64,000 nucleotides of DNA, taken from the NCBI GenBank assembly GCA_900770945.1, contig CAAGME010000037.1:78336-142335 (forward strand), written 5' to 3'. Positions 28,004 to 37,965 of the stretch are shown one piece after another. Position 1 is the stretch's first letter. Every line of letters starts with the position of its first letter. The notes beneath the pieces are model-generated. The model did no database searches. It had not been told where the DNA came from and worked only from the letters and a program-made list of their open reading frames with translations. The position numbers were made by a program, and so were the translations under genes. This stretch comes from Clostridia bacterium (GTDB lineage: Bacteria; Bacillota; Clostridia; Christensenellales; Borkfalkiaceae).

Positions 28004-29321
28004 TTTCTATTTCTCCGTACAAGTCGTAAGAGGTAGCGGAAATTATTTTTACTTTATACGTTTCGCCTTCGTTTATAACGCCGTCGGATCTCAAATAAAC
28101 TTTTCCGTCTATATCCGGCGCGTTGAAGTAGGCTCGCCCGTAAAATAATTGTTTGTCGTAATCCAAGCCGTCGCACACGACGTCGAAAGTCTTGCCGACG
28201 AGAGAAGAAGTTATTTCTTCGACGATTGCTTGCTGAACGGCGTAAAGTCGTTTTACGCGCTGTTTTTTAACCGATTCCTTTATCTGCCCTTCTATCTTGT
28301 ATGCGGGCGTGTCCTTTTCCCGCGAATAGGCGAAAAAACCGGCGTTCATAAGCTTTGCTTCTCTTAAAAAGTTTTCAAGAGTGATAACGTCCTCTTCCGT
28401 TTCGGTCGGAAAGCCTGCGATAAAGGTCGAGCGAATGACAAGCGACGGAATTTCCTCTTTTAGCTTATTCACGAGCGCGACGTAACTTGCATAACTTCCT
28501 TTTCTGTTCATCAGTTTTAAAATTCTGTCGGAAGCGTGTTGAAGCGGAATGTCAAGGTATTTTATAACTTTTTCGTTATCCCTTATCTCCGCGATAAGCT
28601 TATCGTCGATAAGCTCGGGATAACAGTACATTAAGCGAATATGTTTGACCGTTTCGAGCGCGGAAAGCGCGCGGATAAGCTCAACGAGCCTTATTTCTCC
28701 GTACAAATCCTCGCCGTAACGAGTGGTATCCTGCGCAACGAGAATAAGCTCTTCCACCTCGCCCAAACCCTTTGCCTCTTCTACTAAGCTCTCTATCGGG
28801 CGGGAAACGAATTTTCCTCGAATTTTAGGGATAAGGCAGTATGTACAGTGGTTGTTGCAACCGTCGGAAATTTTAAGATAAGCAAAATGCCCGGGGGTGG
28901 TGACTATTCTCGAACAGCCGAGTTCTTTGCCTTTGCCGACGAGGTTTAGTCTTTTGCCTTTGTAAACTTCGTCGATAGCCTGCGTGATGAGCGAGCCGTC
29001 CTTAGTGCCTAAAAACGCGTCCACCTCGGTAAAATCGTCGAACATGTCGGCGACGAATTTTTGCGGAAGGCAACCCGTCATTATTATTTTTTCAAGGTTG
29101 CCGTCTTGCTTGTACGGCAAATACTCGAAAACGGTGTTTATCGCCTCTTTTCGTGCGGAGCCTAAAAACGCGCAGGTGTTCACTATCAGCACGTTTGCGT
29201 CCTCTATCGAAGAAGTTATGTCGTAGTGCTTTGCGACCTCGTATAAAAGTTTTTCGCCGTCAACTCTGTTCTTGTCGCAACCGAGCGACACGAGTCCGAC
29301 CTTTTTTCTGTGTGTAGTCAT
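27993..29321 (-). CDS. rimO: Ribosomal protein S12 methylthiotransferase (MiaB-like radical SAM)
   Basis: Start reset to MTTHRKKVGLVSLGCDKN at 29321. Radical SAM CNNHCTYC motif; TRAM C-terminal domain. The track's N-terminal 29 aa (FQFSIFNFQF) are translation of the AT-rich repeat. Confidence 0.85.
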   Translation of the reverse strand: MTTHRKKVGLVSLGCDKNRVDGEKLLYEVAKHYDITSSIEDANVLIVNTCAFLGSARKEAINTVFEYLPYKQDGNLEKIIMTGCLPQKFVADMFDDFTEVDAFLGTKDGSLITQAIDEVYKGKRLNLVGKGKELGCSRIVTTPGHFAYLKISDGCNNHCTYCLIPKIRGKFVSRPIESLVEEAKGLGEVEELILVAQDTTRYGEDLYGEIRLVELIRALSALETVKHIRLMYCYPELIDDKLIAEIRDNEKVIKYLDIPLQHASDRILKLMNRKGSYASYVALVNKLKEEIPSLVIRSTFIAGFPTETEEDVITLENFLREAKLMNAGFFAYSREKDTPAYKIEGQIKESVKKQRVKRLYAVQQAIVEEITSSLVGKTFDVVCDGLDYDKQLFYGRAYFNAPDIDGKVYLRSDGVINEGETYKVKIISATSYDLYGEIENET

Positions 29322-29324
29322 ATG

Positions 29325-29734
29325 TTTGAATTGAAAATTGAAAATGGAAAATTGAAAGATGTGGATATAAAAATATATCTTACAATATTTCTCGTCCTTA
29401 ATTTTCACCTTTTAACTTATAGTTGCAAGCCTTTTTAGGCTTCAGAGTGCGTAGCATTGCCGCAACAAGGGCTGTGAGTGTCGAAGGGCGCAATAAAAGC
29501 TGCAAGCTTTTTGCCCTTGCAAGCCTTTTTAGGCTTCAGAGTGCGTAGCATTGCCGCAACAGGGCTGTGAGCTATCAAGCTGTCGGTTTGCTATACTTGC
29601 AAGCCTTTTTAAGGCGGAGAGTGGTGCAGTTTGGCACAGCTGGTGACGGCGACCGACAGGCGCGTACTCTAACGTACGTAACTGAGGGCGCCGGCGCACG
29701 CAGTGGCAAAATGCGCCGCTATACGCCTTAAAAA
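29325..29734. repeat. Second copy of the intergenic repeat family (rimO leader): TTGAAA module plus ~90-bp GC-rich subrepeats
   Basis: ttgaattgaaaattgaaaatggaaaattgaaag…ttcaccttttaactt, followed by gcaagcctttttaggcttcagagtgcgtagcattgccgcaacagggctgtgag at 29427 and 29518, ending …gcgccgctatacgcc. Confidence 0.8.
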
Positions 29735-32700
29735 TCAAAAATCTTCGGTGAAGTCGCCGTAAAGCTCCTCATATTGTTCGCGAGTTATTAAGACGGTGCG
29801 GTCTTTATTGTCTAAGGAAGCGGAAACGTACTTCATTTTCGCCATCCATTCGACGATAGTCGCGGCGCGGTTGTAACCGATAGCGAGCTTAGTTCTTAAT
29901 GCGGAGTTGGAAACGCGGCGTTGGTCGATTACTATGCGCAAAGCCTTTTTCATAACCTCGTCAACTTCGCCGCCGGGGGCTTGCGGCGCGGAATCTTCGT
30001 CGTCGCCGCCCTCGTCCGCCGTAGCGTAAGCGTTGATAAGTTCGAGAACCTTATTGTCATAGTAACTCTTGTTGTTCTTTCTTATATAGTCGAGAACGGA
30101 ACGGATTTCGAGGTTGTCGACAAACGCGCCCTGAGCGCGCTGTAAAAAGCCCTCGTCGCTCGTTTTGTAGAAGCAATCGCCCTTGCAAACGAGCTTTTCC
30201 GCGCCGTTTTCATCGATAACGACTCGGCTGTCCATAGCGGTTGCCGTTTTAAAGCAGATACGCGACGGAACGTTGGTTTTGATAGAACCGGAGATGACGT
30301 TGACCGACGGGCGTTGGGTGGCAAGTATAAGCGAAATACCCGCGGCACGCGCCTTTTGCGCGATTCTGCCGATATAGTTTTCAATCTTCTTTTTGTTCTT
30401 TTCGTCCGCCATTATAAGGTCGGCAAACTCGTCTATCAGGATAACGATATACGGCACGCGCTTAACCTTGGTCGTGTCTATCATGGCGTTGTATTCTCCG
30501 ATATCCTTGCAACCGTTTTCGGCGAGGAACTGATATCTTGTTTCCATTTCGCCAACCGCCCATTCGAGAACGGCGAGCGCGCGCTTGTCTATACCGATTA
30601 TGTCGTTGAACACAAGGTGCGGTATGCCCTTGTACATATTGAATTCAACGACCTTAGGGTCGATGATGATAAGGCGCATTTCCTCGGGAGAATAGCGGTA
30701 CAAAAGGCTGATTAAAAGCGAGCTTAAACATACGGACTTACCCATACCGGTTGCGCCGCTCACCAAAAGGTGCGGCATTCTGGCGAGGTCCAAAACAACC
30801 GATTTGCCGAGAATGTTTTTGCCTAAAACGAACTGCAAGCCTTTCTTCTTTAAAGTCTTGTATTCGGGGGAAGAAAGCACGGACTTTAAGCCGACGATTG
30901 AAACGACTTTGTTTGCAACTTCTATACCGATAAGCGATTCGTTGGGAACGTTGTACATTCTAAGGTCCGAAACCTTTAAACGGAACGCCAAATCGCCTTT
31001 TGCGTGGAATACATCCTTCGGGCTTACGTCGTCCGGGATAGCAATGTCGTAACGAGTAACGGAAGGTCCCGCGATTATGTTTTCGACTGTGACGTCAATG
31101 CCCGTAGACTGTTTGATAACCCTGACAATCGTTTCGGCGTTGGCTTTGCGTTTTTCGTTTTCGACAAGCAAAGCCTGTTGGTCTGCGCCGTATTCTTTCA
31201 ACAAGTCGAGCGGCGGAGCCTTGTACCTATAGTTGACGGGCATGTCATCTATGGAAAGCGAGCCGTCGTCCGGGATTGTATATTTAGGTTTAGCCGAAGC
31301 AGCGACGCCGTTTGCGACGTTCGTTGCCGCCGGGCGCGACACAGCACCGGGTTGAACGGGTCTTGCGGGAGAAGCCGAAGCAGCCGTCCCCATCGGCGAA
31401 GTTTCCACTCTCGGCGTAAAAGCCGGTTCCTTTTTTTCTTCCGTCGGCGCGCTTTCCGTGAAAGAAGCTCTGCTTGTCGCGACATGCGTATCCGCCCTTA
31501 AAGCGGAAGTATCGCGAGCAGACGAAGAAAAGCTCGGCGTGACGGGCTTTCTCGTAGAAGAAAAATCGTCCTCCGTCGTTTTAATTTCCGTGGTTTCGCG
31601 CTCAACGGTGCGAGCCGTTCTCGTTTCGCCTGCTCTCTCGTCCGCTGCGGGGCGAGTGAAATCGCGACGAGTATCGGTATCGAAAGAAGATGTGCGGGAA
31701 TACGAGGAAGCTTCGGGCGTTCTTTTCGCCGCACCCTCTCTCGTTCTGTCGTAAACGCCGTAATCGGCGGAACGCGCGTCGGACTCTTTTCCGTAATTAT
31801 CTCGCGCCGTTCTGTCCACTACGGGTACCCCGCGGGAAGTTTCGTTGACGACGTAAGCCGAGCGGCGTGAAAAATCGATATCTTCGCTCTCTCGCGAACG
31901 GTCCTTGGTCGTGTCGCCGAAAATGGGAGAAACGCCTATGTTGTCAAGGTTGACTTTACCGACGGGCTTGCCGTCGCGAATAACGTCCGAAACACCCGCG
32001 CCGCTCCTGTCCAATGCCGATTTAGGCGGCGTGTAAGACGAAGCTTCGCCTTTTTTGCCCGTGTAATCTTCGGAATAACTCCTTTTCACGTCCGGGCGAA
32101 CGGGTTCGCGGCTCGACAAACCGTTTTGCGACGGATTCTTAAATTCAAATCTGCCGTCGAAAACGCTGAGCCTCGACGGAACGCCGCTTGCGGCTTCCCT
32201 CTTGGTTTTAAACGTAAACGGGGATTCCTCGTCTAAAAAGTAGCCGTGAGGAGGAACTTCTTTCTCCTCGTTTTTCGTGGTTTTTGCGACCTTTTCGCCT
32301 TTGGCTTCCTCTGCGGCGTATTTTCCCGTAAACGAGTCTTTATCGGCTTTTTGCTTTTCGGGCGCGGGGATTTTGGGCTTGGTTTCCTTTTTTTCGAAAT
32401 TGAATTTGCCTCTGAACAAAATCGCGACGACAACGAGTAAAGCTATCGAAAATATAACGAACGCACCGGCGTACGAAGCGATTTTCGCAACGGGAGCGGT
32501 AAGCAGAGTAGCTATCGCGCCGCCCGGGGTAGTCGTCGAAAAACCGCCTTCGCCCTTTGCAAAGGAGGACGACATATGTTCGCCGACGGACAAGGAATTG
32601 TCAAAGCCGACGGCAAGATGGACTATGAGAAAAATAATGGCGACGGCAAGCGAGATTAAAAACGACGTGAGCCGTTTATCTTCGGGAATCGCGCTGCGCC

Positions 32701-32935
32701 CCGATACGAGAGCAAAACCGAAAAGCCCCGTATGCAGAAGAAAAATAAAAGAGTACACGCCGAAAGAGCCGAGCAGAAACGACTGAACGCCGCCGCCCAG
32801 CGGATACACGAGAGCGTTGCCCGTGACAAGGCACAAAAATGCCAGCACGGCAAACAATATGAGAGCCATTCCGAAAACTTCTTTCGCAAACGAACCCGCT
32901 TTTTTCCCGTTTTTAGAGCTTACCCCTTTACCCAA
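29735..32935 (-). CDS. ftsK: DNA translocase FtsK/SpoIIIE
   Basis: N-terminal TM helices, long low-complexity linker, motor domain with GATGMGKSV Walker A, C-terminal gamma winged-helix; 1066 aa. Confidence 0.9.
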   Translation of the reverse strand: MGKGVSSKNGKKAGSFAKEVFGMALILFAVLAFLCLVTGNALVYPLGGGVQSFLLGSFGVYSFIFLLHTGLFGFALVSGRSAIPEDKRLTSFLISLAVAIIFLIVHLAVGFDNSLSVGEHMSSSFAKGEGGFSTTTPGGAIATLLTAPVAKIASYAGAFVIFSIALLVVVAILFRGKFNFEKKETKPKIPAPEKQKADKDSFTGKYAAEEAKGEKVAKTTKNEEKEVPPHGYFLDEESPFTFKTKREAASGVPSRLSVFDGRFEFKNPSQNGLSSREPVRPDVKRSYSEDYTGKKGEASSYTPPKSALDRSGAGVSDVIRDGKPVGKVNLDNIGVSPIFGDTTKDRSRESEDIDFSRRSAYVVNETSRGVPVVDRTARDNYGKESDARSADYGVYDRTREGAAKRTPEASSYSRTSSFDTDTRRDFTRPAADERAGETRTARTVERETTEIKTTEDDFSSTRKPVTPSFSSSARDTSALRADTHVATSRASFTESAPTEEKKEPAFTPRVETSPMGTAASASPARPVQPGAVSRPAATNVANGVAASAKPKYTIPDDGSLSIDDMPVNYRYKAPPLDLLKEYGADQQALLVENEKRKANAETIVRVIKQSTGIDVTVENIIAGPSVTRYDIAIPDDVSPKDVFHAKGDLAFRLKVSDLRMYNVPNESLIGIEVANKVVSIVGLKSVLSSPEYKTLKKKGLQFVLGKNILGKSVVLDLARMPHLLVSGATGMGKSVCLSSLLISLLYRYSPEEMRLIIIDPKVVEFNMYKGIPHLVFNDIIGIDKRALAVLEWAVGEMETRYQFLAENGCKDIGEYNAMIDTTKVKRVPYIVILIDEFADLIMADEKNKKKIENYIGRIAQKARAAGISLILATQRPSVNVISGSIKTNVPSRICFKTATAMDSRVVIDENGAEKLVCKGDCFYKTSDEGFLQRAQGAFVDNLEIRSVLDYIRKNNKSYYDNKVLELINAYATADEGGDDEDSAPQAPGGEVDEVMKKALRIVIDQRRVSNSALRTKLAIGYNRAATIVEWMAKMKYVSASLDNKDRTVLITREQYEELYGDFTEDF

Positions 32936-33079
32936 GATTACATTCCGCCTTATATAGATTTATATTCCGTATAAGTATAACATGTTAAGAGTTATAACGC
33001 AACTTTTTTAACGGCACACGGCGTAGACTTTTTATTAAAATTTTGTGAGAATTTTGCGTTGTTGTCAGAAATCGAACCG

Positions 33080-33118
33080 AGAAAAAAAGCGACGGAACAA
33101 AACCGTCGCTTTTTTGGA
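33080..33118. terminator. Bidirectional rho-independent terminator downstream of acpP
   Basis: aaaaaaagcgacgg-aacaaaa-ccgtcgct-ttttt. Confidence 0.55.
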
Positions 33119-33159
33119 AAAACAAGAATTAAGTTTCTTTAATCGAATTTAATCGAAAT

Positions 33160-33390
33160 TCAGCCGACCTTCTTTTGAAGAACCTTGAAAACGTCGCCCA
33201 CGGTGGACATTTTAGCGGCTTCGGCATCGGAAATCGATACGCCGTATTCTTCCTCGATGTTCATGATGAGTTCGACAACGTCGAGAGAATCGGCTCCGAG
33301 GTCCTCTATAATGCGGCTGTTTGCGGTAATCTTTTCACGCGGGATACCGAGCTGCTCGGAAAGCGCGTCGATTATTTTATCAATAGTCAT
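33160..33390 (-). CDS. acpP: Acyl carrier protein
   Basis: LGADSLDVVELIMNIEEEYG, including the phosphopantetheine-attachment DSL serine; 76 aa. Confidence 0.9.
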   Translation of the reverse strand: MTIDKIIDALSEQLGIPREKITANSRIIEDLGADSLDVVELIMNIEEEYGVSISDAEAAKMSTVGDVFKVLQKKVG

Positions 33391-33539
33391 TTTTTAATCC
33401 TCCATACCCGCCGTAAACGGCGAAACGTTTATACGATTATACATTAAATTATTCGCTTTGTCAACGAAATTTTAAGTCTTTGAAATATTTCGGTCGCCTC
33501 TTACCCCCTCTTAAAGGGGCAAAGCTTCACTCTTTTTCG

Positions 33540-35720
33540 TCAGGAAGCCGAAAGCTTGGGGTTTTTGCGCAGAGAAAGAGAGATTCTGTTCTTTTTAACG
33601 TCTACGCCGATAACCGTTACGGTGACGATTTGCCCCACCTTCAACGCCTCGTTGGGGTGACGGATATAGTTGTCGGAAATTTCCGAGATATGCACAAGCC
33701 CGTCCTGATGAACGCCGATATCGACGAACGCGCCGAAGTCTATAACGTTCCTTACCGTTCCGGTAATCTTCATTCCCGGTTTAAGGTCCTTTATGTCCAT
33801 GATGTCGGAGCGGAGCATGGGCTTGGGCAAGCTGTCGCGAACGTCTCTGCCCGGTTTTAAAAGTTCCGAAACGATGTCGCGCATCGTAAGAACGCCAAGT
33901 CCCGTATCCTTTGCTGCTTTTTCCTCGCCGTAAGCTTTGATTTTAACGGGTAACTCCTTGATTTTTCCGTTTGCGACGTCCTCTTCGGTATACCCGAAAA
34001 GTTTTAAAAGTTTTTCGGTCGCGTCATAGCTTTCGGGGTGAACGCCCGTGTTGTCGAGGACGTTTTTGCCGTCCGCGATGCGCAAAAATCCCGCGCACTG
34101 TTCAAAGGCTTTCTCGCCGAGCTTGCTAACCTTTAAAAGTTCTTTTCTCGTCTTGAATTTGCCGTTGTCTTCCCTATACTTTACAATATTTTTGACAATT
34201 GCGGCGTTAAGCCCCGAAACGTAAGAAAGGAGGGACGCGGAAGCCGTGTTTAAGTTGACGCCGACTTTGTTTACGCAATCTTCGAGAACGCCTTTTAAAA
34301 CTTCGTCAAGCCGTTTTTCGGGCATGTCGTGCTGGTACTGACCTACGCCTATCGATTTGGGGTCGATTTTTATAAGCTCCGCAAGCGGGTCTTGCAAACG
34401 CCTTGCGATTGACACGGCGGAGCGCTCGGAAACGTCGTAATCGGGGAATTCTTCCGCGCCGAGCTTGGATGCGGAATAAACGGACGCGCCCGCTTCGCTC
34501 ACGACTATATAGCTTACTTTATGGTCTAATCTCGCGTCTTTTATAAGCTCGGAAACGAAAATTTCCGACTCCTTGGAAGCCGTGCCGTTACCGATGGAGA
34601 TAACGGCTACTTTATGCTTGTTTATGAGTTCGATGAGCTTTGTTTTAGCCTCTTCGACTTTGGACTGAGGGGGCGTCGGGTAAACGACGGTTTTGTCGAG
34701 AACTTTGCCCGTTTCGTCAACGACGGCTATCTTGCAGCCGGTGCGGTATGCGGGGTCAAAACCCATTGTTACTTTGTCCTTGACGGGCGGTTGCATTAAA
34801 AGCGGCTCTAAGTTGACTTCGAACATTTTTATGGCTTGCTCGTCGGCGATATCGGTTAAGTACGAACGGATTTCACGCTCGATGGACGGGTAAATCAAGC
34901 GTTCGTAGGCGTCGTCGCAAGCTTCCTTTACGGCTTGGGTCGTCACCGAGCCTTCTTTAACGTACGGCGCGGCGCAAACGCGTTGAGCAAACTCCTTATC
35001 AAGCGATACTTTTACCTTTAAATATCCTTCCTTTTCGCCGCGGTTCAAGGCTAAAACTCTGTGGCTTTTAATCTCGGAAACGGGTTCCGCATAGTCGGCG
35101 TAAGTTTCGTACGTTTTTGCTCCTTCGTCCTCGGTCTTTGCCATTTTGGAAGAGATTTCGCCGTTGCGAAGGAATATTCTGCGAAGTTTTTTTCTGAGTT
35201 CCGCGTCGTCGCTTACGCGCTCGGCGATGATGTCCTTTGCGCCGGCTATCGCTTCGGCTATCGTTTTTACTTCCTTTTCCTCGTCTACGTACGGCGCGGC
35301 TAAATCTTCGATAGTACCCGTTTTTTCTTCCTGCGCGAGAATGATATCGGCAAGCGGAGAAAGACCTTTCGCTATCGCGACGGTCGCTCTCGTTTTCTTT
35401 TTCTGCTTATACGGTCTATATATGTCCTCGACCTCGGTAAGCGTTTCGGCGGCGGAAAGAGCGGCGACTATTTCGTCGGTTAATTTGCCCTGTTCCTCTA
35501 TCGCGGCTTTAACGTCTTCCTTTCTCTTTTCAAGGTTCCTTAGATACGTCAGTCTGTCGGCGAATTCGCGTAAAAGCTGATCGTCGATGTGTCCCGTCAT
35601 TTCCTTGCGATACCTCGCGATGAAAGGTATAGTGTTGCCTTCGTCGAGAAGTTCGACGACGTTCTTTGCGTGTGTCGGATTGAGTTTGAACTCTTCCGTC
35701 ACTCTCTGTAAAATGTCCAT
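33540..35720 (-). CDS. tex: Tex-family transcription accessory protein (YqgF/RNase H-like, HhH, S1 domains)
   Basis: 726 aa; C-terminal S1 domain GMKITGTVRNVIDFGAFVDIGVHQDGLVHISE; Tex N-terminal helical and YqgF domains. Confidence 0.9.
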   Translation of the reverse strand: MDILQRVTEEFKLNPTHAKNVVELLDEGNTIPFIARYRKEMTGHIDDQLLREFADRLTYLRNLEKRKEDVKAAIEEQGKLTDEIVAALSAAETLTEVEDIYRPYKQKKKTRATVAIAKGLSPLADIILAQEEKTGTIEDLAAPYVDEEKEVKTIAEAIAGAKDIIAERVSDDAELRKKLRRIFLRNGEISSKMAKTEDEGAKTYETYADYAEPVSEIKSHRVLALNRGEKEGYLKVKVSLDKEFAQRVCAAPYVKEGSVTTQAVKEACDDAYERLIYPSIEREIRSYLTDIADEQAIKMFEVNLEPLLMQPPVKDKVTMGFDPAYRTGCKIAVVDETGKVLDKTVVYPTPPQSKVEEAKTKLIELINKHKVAVISIGNGTASKESEIFVSELIKDARLDHKVSYIVVSEAGASVYSASKLGAEEFPDYDVSERSAVSIARRLQDPLAELIKIDPKSIGVGQYQHDMPEKRLDEVLKGVLEDCVNKVGVNLNTASASLLSYVSGLNAAIVKNIVKYREDNGKFKTRKELLKVSKLGEKAFEQCAGFLRIADGKNVLDNTGVHPESYDATEKLLKLFGYTEEDVANGKIKELPVKIKAYGEEKAAKDTGLGVLTMRDIVSELLKPGRDVRDSLPKPMLRSDIMDIKDLKPGMKITGTVRNVIDFGAFVDIGVHQDGLVHISEISDNYIRHPNEALKVGQIVTVTVIGVDVKKNRISLSLRKNPKLSAS

Positions 35721-35778
35721 ATTTTCCTCTTTTTAAAATTATAATATCTCGGGCTATAATGCGATTATCGCCCGTTAT

Positions 35779-37560
35779 TTACTCAAAAAAAATCTCTGCG
35801 GAGTCGCTTTTCAAAACGTGAATATCGCTCTTTTTTCCGCCGGCAAGCATTGCCGTTAAGGGACGGGAAAATTTGAGCTTTACGTCCGCGTTTTCCCTCG
35901 AAGCGGCAACTACAACCGACTTATTATTAAGCTTTCTTTCGAAAATCACAATCTTTTCATCGGTGTGAATAAATCGGAAAGTCCCCGCCGTAAAGACTTC
36001 GTTTTTACGGATTTTGCCTAACTTGCGGAAAAACTCCAAAAGCTCGTTATCTTCCTTGCCCCACGGATAGCAAAGGCGGTTATACGGGTCCAAATCTCCG
36101 AAAACGCCCGCTTCGTCGCCGTAATATAAGGACGGCGTACCGTAGACGGTATAGACTAAAACGTAAGCGATTTTAGCAAGATTTTTGCCCTTTTCGTACT
36201 CTTCCTCGTCAAGTGTTTCTTCTCTCATCAAATCCTTGTCGACTACAACTCGACTTCTGCCTAAAACCGTTATAATGCGCGAAGTGTCGTGAGTGGACAA
36301 AACGTTCATCAAAACGTCGAGAGAAGCTTTGGGGTAATTGTTTATCTGTTCGCGCGCGACCTTGACGAAAGAAGAGGAGTCGGCGTGAAGCAAAAAGTCG
36401 ATAACGGCGTTTTTGAGCGGGTAATTCATTACGGAATCAAGCTCTTCGCCCAAAAAATATTTTCGCCTTACGCCGTAAGCGATTTTGTTCGTGGCGTCCT
36501 CCCACACTTCGCCTATCACGGCTCCGTCCTCGTCCGCTTCTTTTACGGTTTTTCTGATATCCTTGACGAACTCGTCGGGGATTTCGTCCACCACGTCGAG
36601 CCGTACGCCCGAAAAGCCGAGGCTCATATACTTGGGGATAACCTCTTTTAAAACGAATTTACGAAAAGAAGAATAAGGATTGAGCTTAGGCAAGCATTTA
36701 AAACCCCACCAGCACTCGTAATCGTCGGGGTAATTATCGAAGTAATACCAGCCGAGATACGGGCTTAAAGGGGAATTGTACGCCCCGCAGGAGGGATACG
36801 TTCCGTACTTGTTGAAGTACGTACTGTCCGCGCCCGTGTGGTTGTAAACGCCGTCGAAAATTACTTTTATGCCCGCTTTTTTAAGTTCCGAAAGCATTGT
36901 TTTAAGCTCTTCTTCCGTGCCGAGCTGCATATCGGGCGTTAAGTAATCGCCCGTGTCGTAACGATGCGAAGAGTACGCTTCCGCAATGGGGTTTAAGTAG
37001 ACAGCGGTAACCCCGAGCGATTTTAAGTAAGGTATTTTGGAACGTATTCCGTCGAAGTTTCCGCCGAAAAATTCGTTGTTCAAAACCTCGCCCTTTTCGT
37101 TTTTATAGGTCGGTAATCCGCCCCAATCCTCGCGCTTTATTTTTCCGCTTTTTATCGGCTTTTCGCCGACTTTACAGAATCTGTCGGGGAATATCTGATA
37201 AATAAGCCCGCCCTTTAAAAACTCCGGCGTTTTATAATCGCTATCATAAACGCTTAGTTGAAAATTTTTAAGAGAACCTTTAACAAGCCTCAAACAGTCG
37301 CTCGCGCCGTAGCGTTCGCCGTCGATTATAAAGTAATAAAAGAAAAGCCCCGTTTTTTTTGTATCGAGCGACACGCAAAAACCCCCCGAGGATTTTTCCA
37401 TAGGGTAAGTTTTTTTCTCGCCGCCGTCCGACTCCGTAGCGAGAAAAGCCTCGTTAAAGGAATCGGATGCGGCAACGAAAATATTAAGCGCGGAATTTTG
37501 TTGCACTGCGCCCGTTACGGACTTAAAGCGCGTATCGAGCGGGTCGAAATAAGGTTGCAT
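35779..37560 (-). CDS. GH13 alpha-glycosidase, neopullulanase/cyclomaltodextrinase-like
   Basis: QIFPDRF, YLNPIAEAYSSHRYDTGDY, GFSGVRLDVVDEI (catalytic Asp region II), GEVWE (region III), LSTHDTSR (region IV), and an N-terminal beta domain. Confidence 0.8.
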   Translation of the reverse strand: MQPYFDPLDTRFKSVTGAVQQNSALNIFVAASDSFNEAFLATESDGGEKKTYPMEKSSGGFCVSLDTKKTGLFFYYFIIDGERYGASDCLRLVKGSLKNFQLSVYDSDYKTPEFLKGGLIYQIFPDRFCKVGEKPIKSGKIKREDWGGLPTYKNEKGEVLNNEFFGGNFDGIRSKIPYLKSLGVTAVYLNPIAEAYSSHRYDTGDYLTPDMQLGTEEELKTMLSELKKAGIKVIFDGVYNHTGADSTYFNKYGTYPSCGAYNSPLSPYLGWYYFDNYPDDYECWWGFKCLPKLNPYSSFRKFVLKEVIPKYMSLGFSGVRLDVVDEIPDEFVKDIRKTVKEADEDGAVIGEVWEDATNKIAYGVRRKYFLGEELDSVMNYPLKNAVIDFLLHADSSSFVKVAREQINNYPKASLDVLMNVLSTHDTSRIITVLGRSRVVVDKDLMREETLDEEEYEKGKNLAKIAYVLVYTVYGTPSLYYGDEAGVFGDLDPYNRLCYPWGKEDNELLEFFRKLGKIRKNEVFTAGTFRFIHTDEKIVIFERKLNNKSVVVAASRENADVKLKFSRPLTAMLAGGKKSDIHVLKSDSAEIFFE

Positions 37561-37965
37561 TCGTTTAAAATTTTTGTTGTGGTAATTTTGTTTATCGAGC
37601 TGAAAATATAAGGGTTTCCATTCGTCATCTACTTAATATTTTTGCGGGAATAAATGAGTTTTTGCGAAGCCATAAAGGGACCGAGCTCGTTGTTGTTTGT
37701 GCGGCGCAAAATCGGTTACTTAGGCGTTAAACAACCTTCAACGTATGTCATACTGTTTCGGTTGTTTGCCTTGCAAAAACTAAGCCTCAAGACGGCGATT
37801 TCTTCTCCGCAAAAATGCGAAGCACCTAAAAGAGCGTATTTTTAGATGATTTTTCGCGAGCGCGAGGCAGCCGTACTCTCGTCGTACGGCAATCGAGCGG
37901 TCACGGAAAAGGGGTAAAAAGACGCCTTTTCGGTATTGAGTAGATAAGGAATGGAATCCCTACCT

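Noticed and set aside
29322-29408. N-terminal 29-aa extension (MKIKDEKYCKIYFYIHIFQFSIFNFQF) of the rimO ORF
   Set aside because: It is translation of the AT-rich TTGAAA repeat; the conserved RimO N-terminus begins at the ATG at 29321.
37561-37965. 400-bp intergenic region between glgP and the GH13 gene containing the hairpin gccgtac-tctcgtc-gtacggc
   Set aside because: The hairpin is not followed by a U-run on either strand and shares only vague similarity with the repeat family; insufficient evidence for a terminator or structured RNA.
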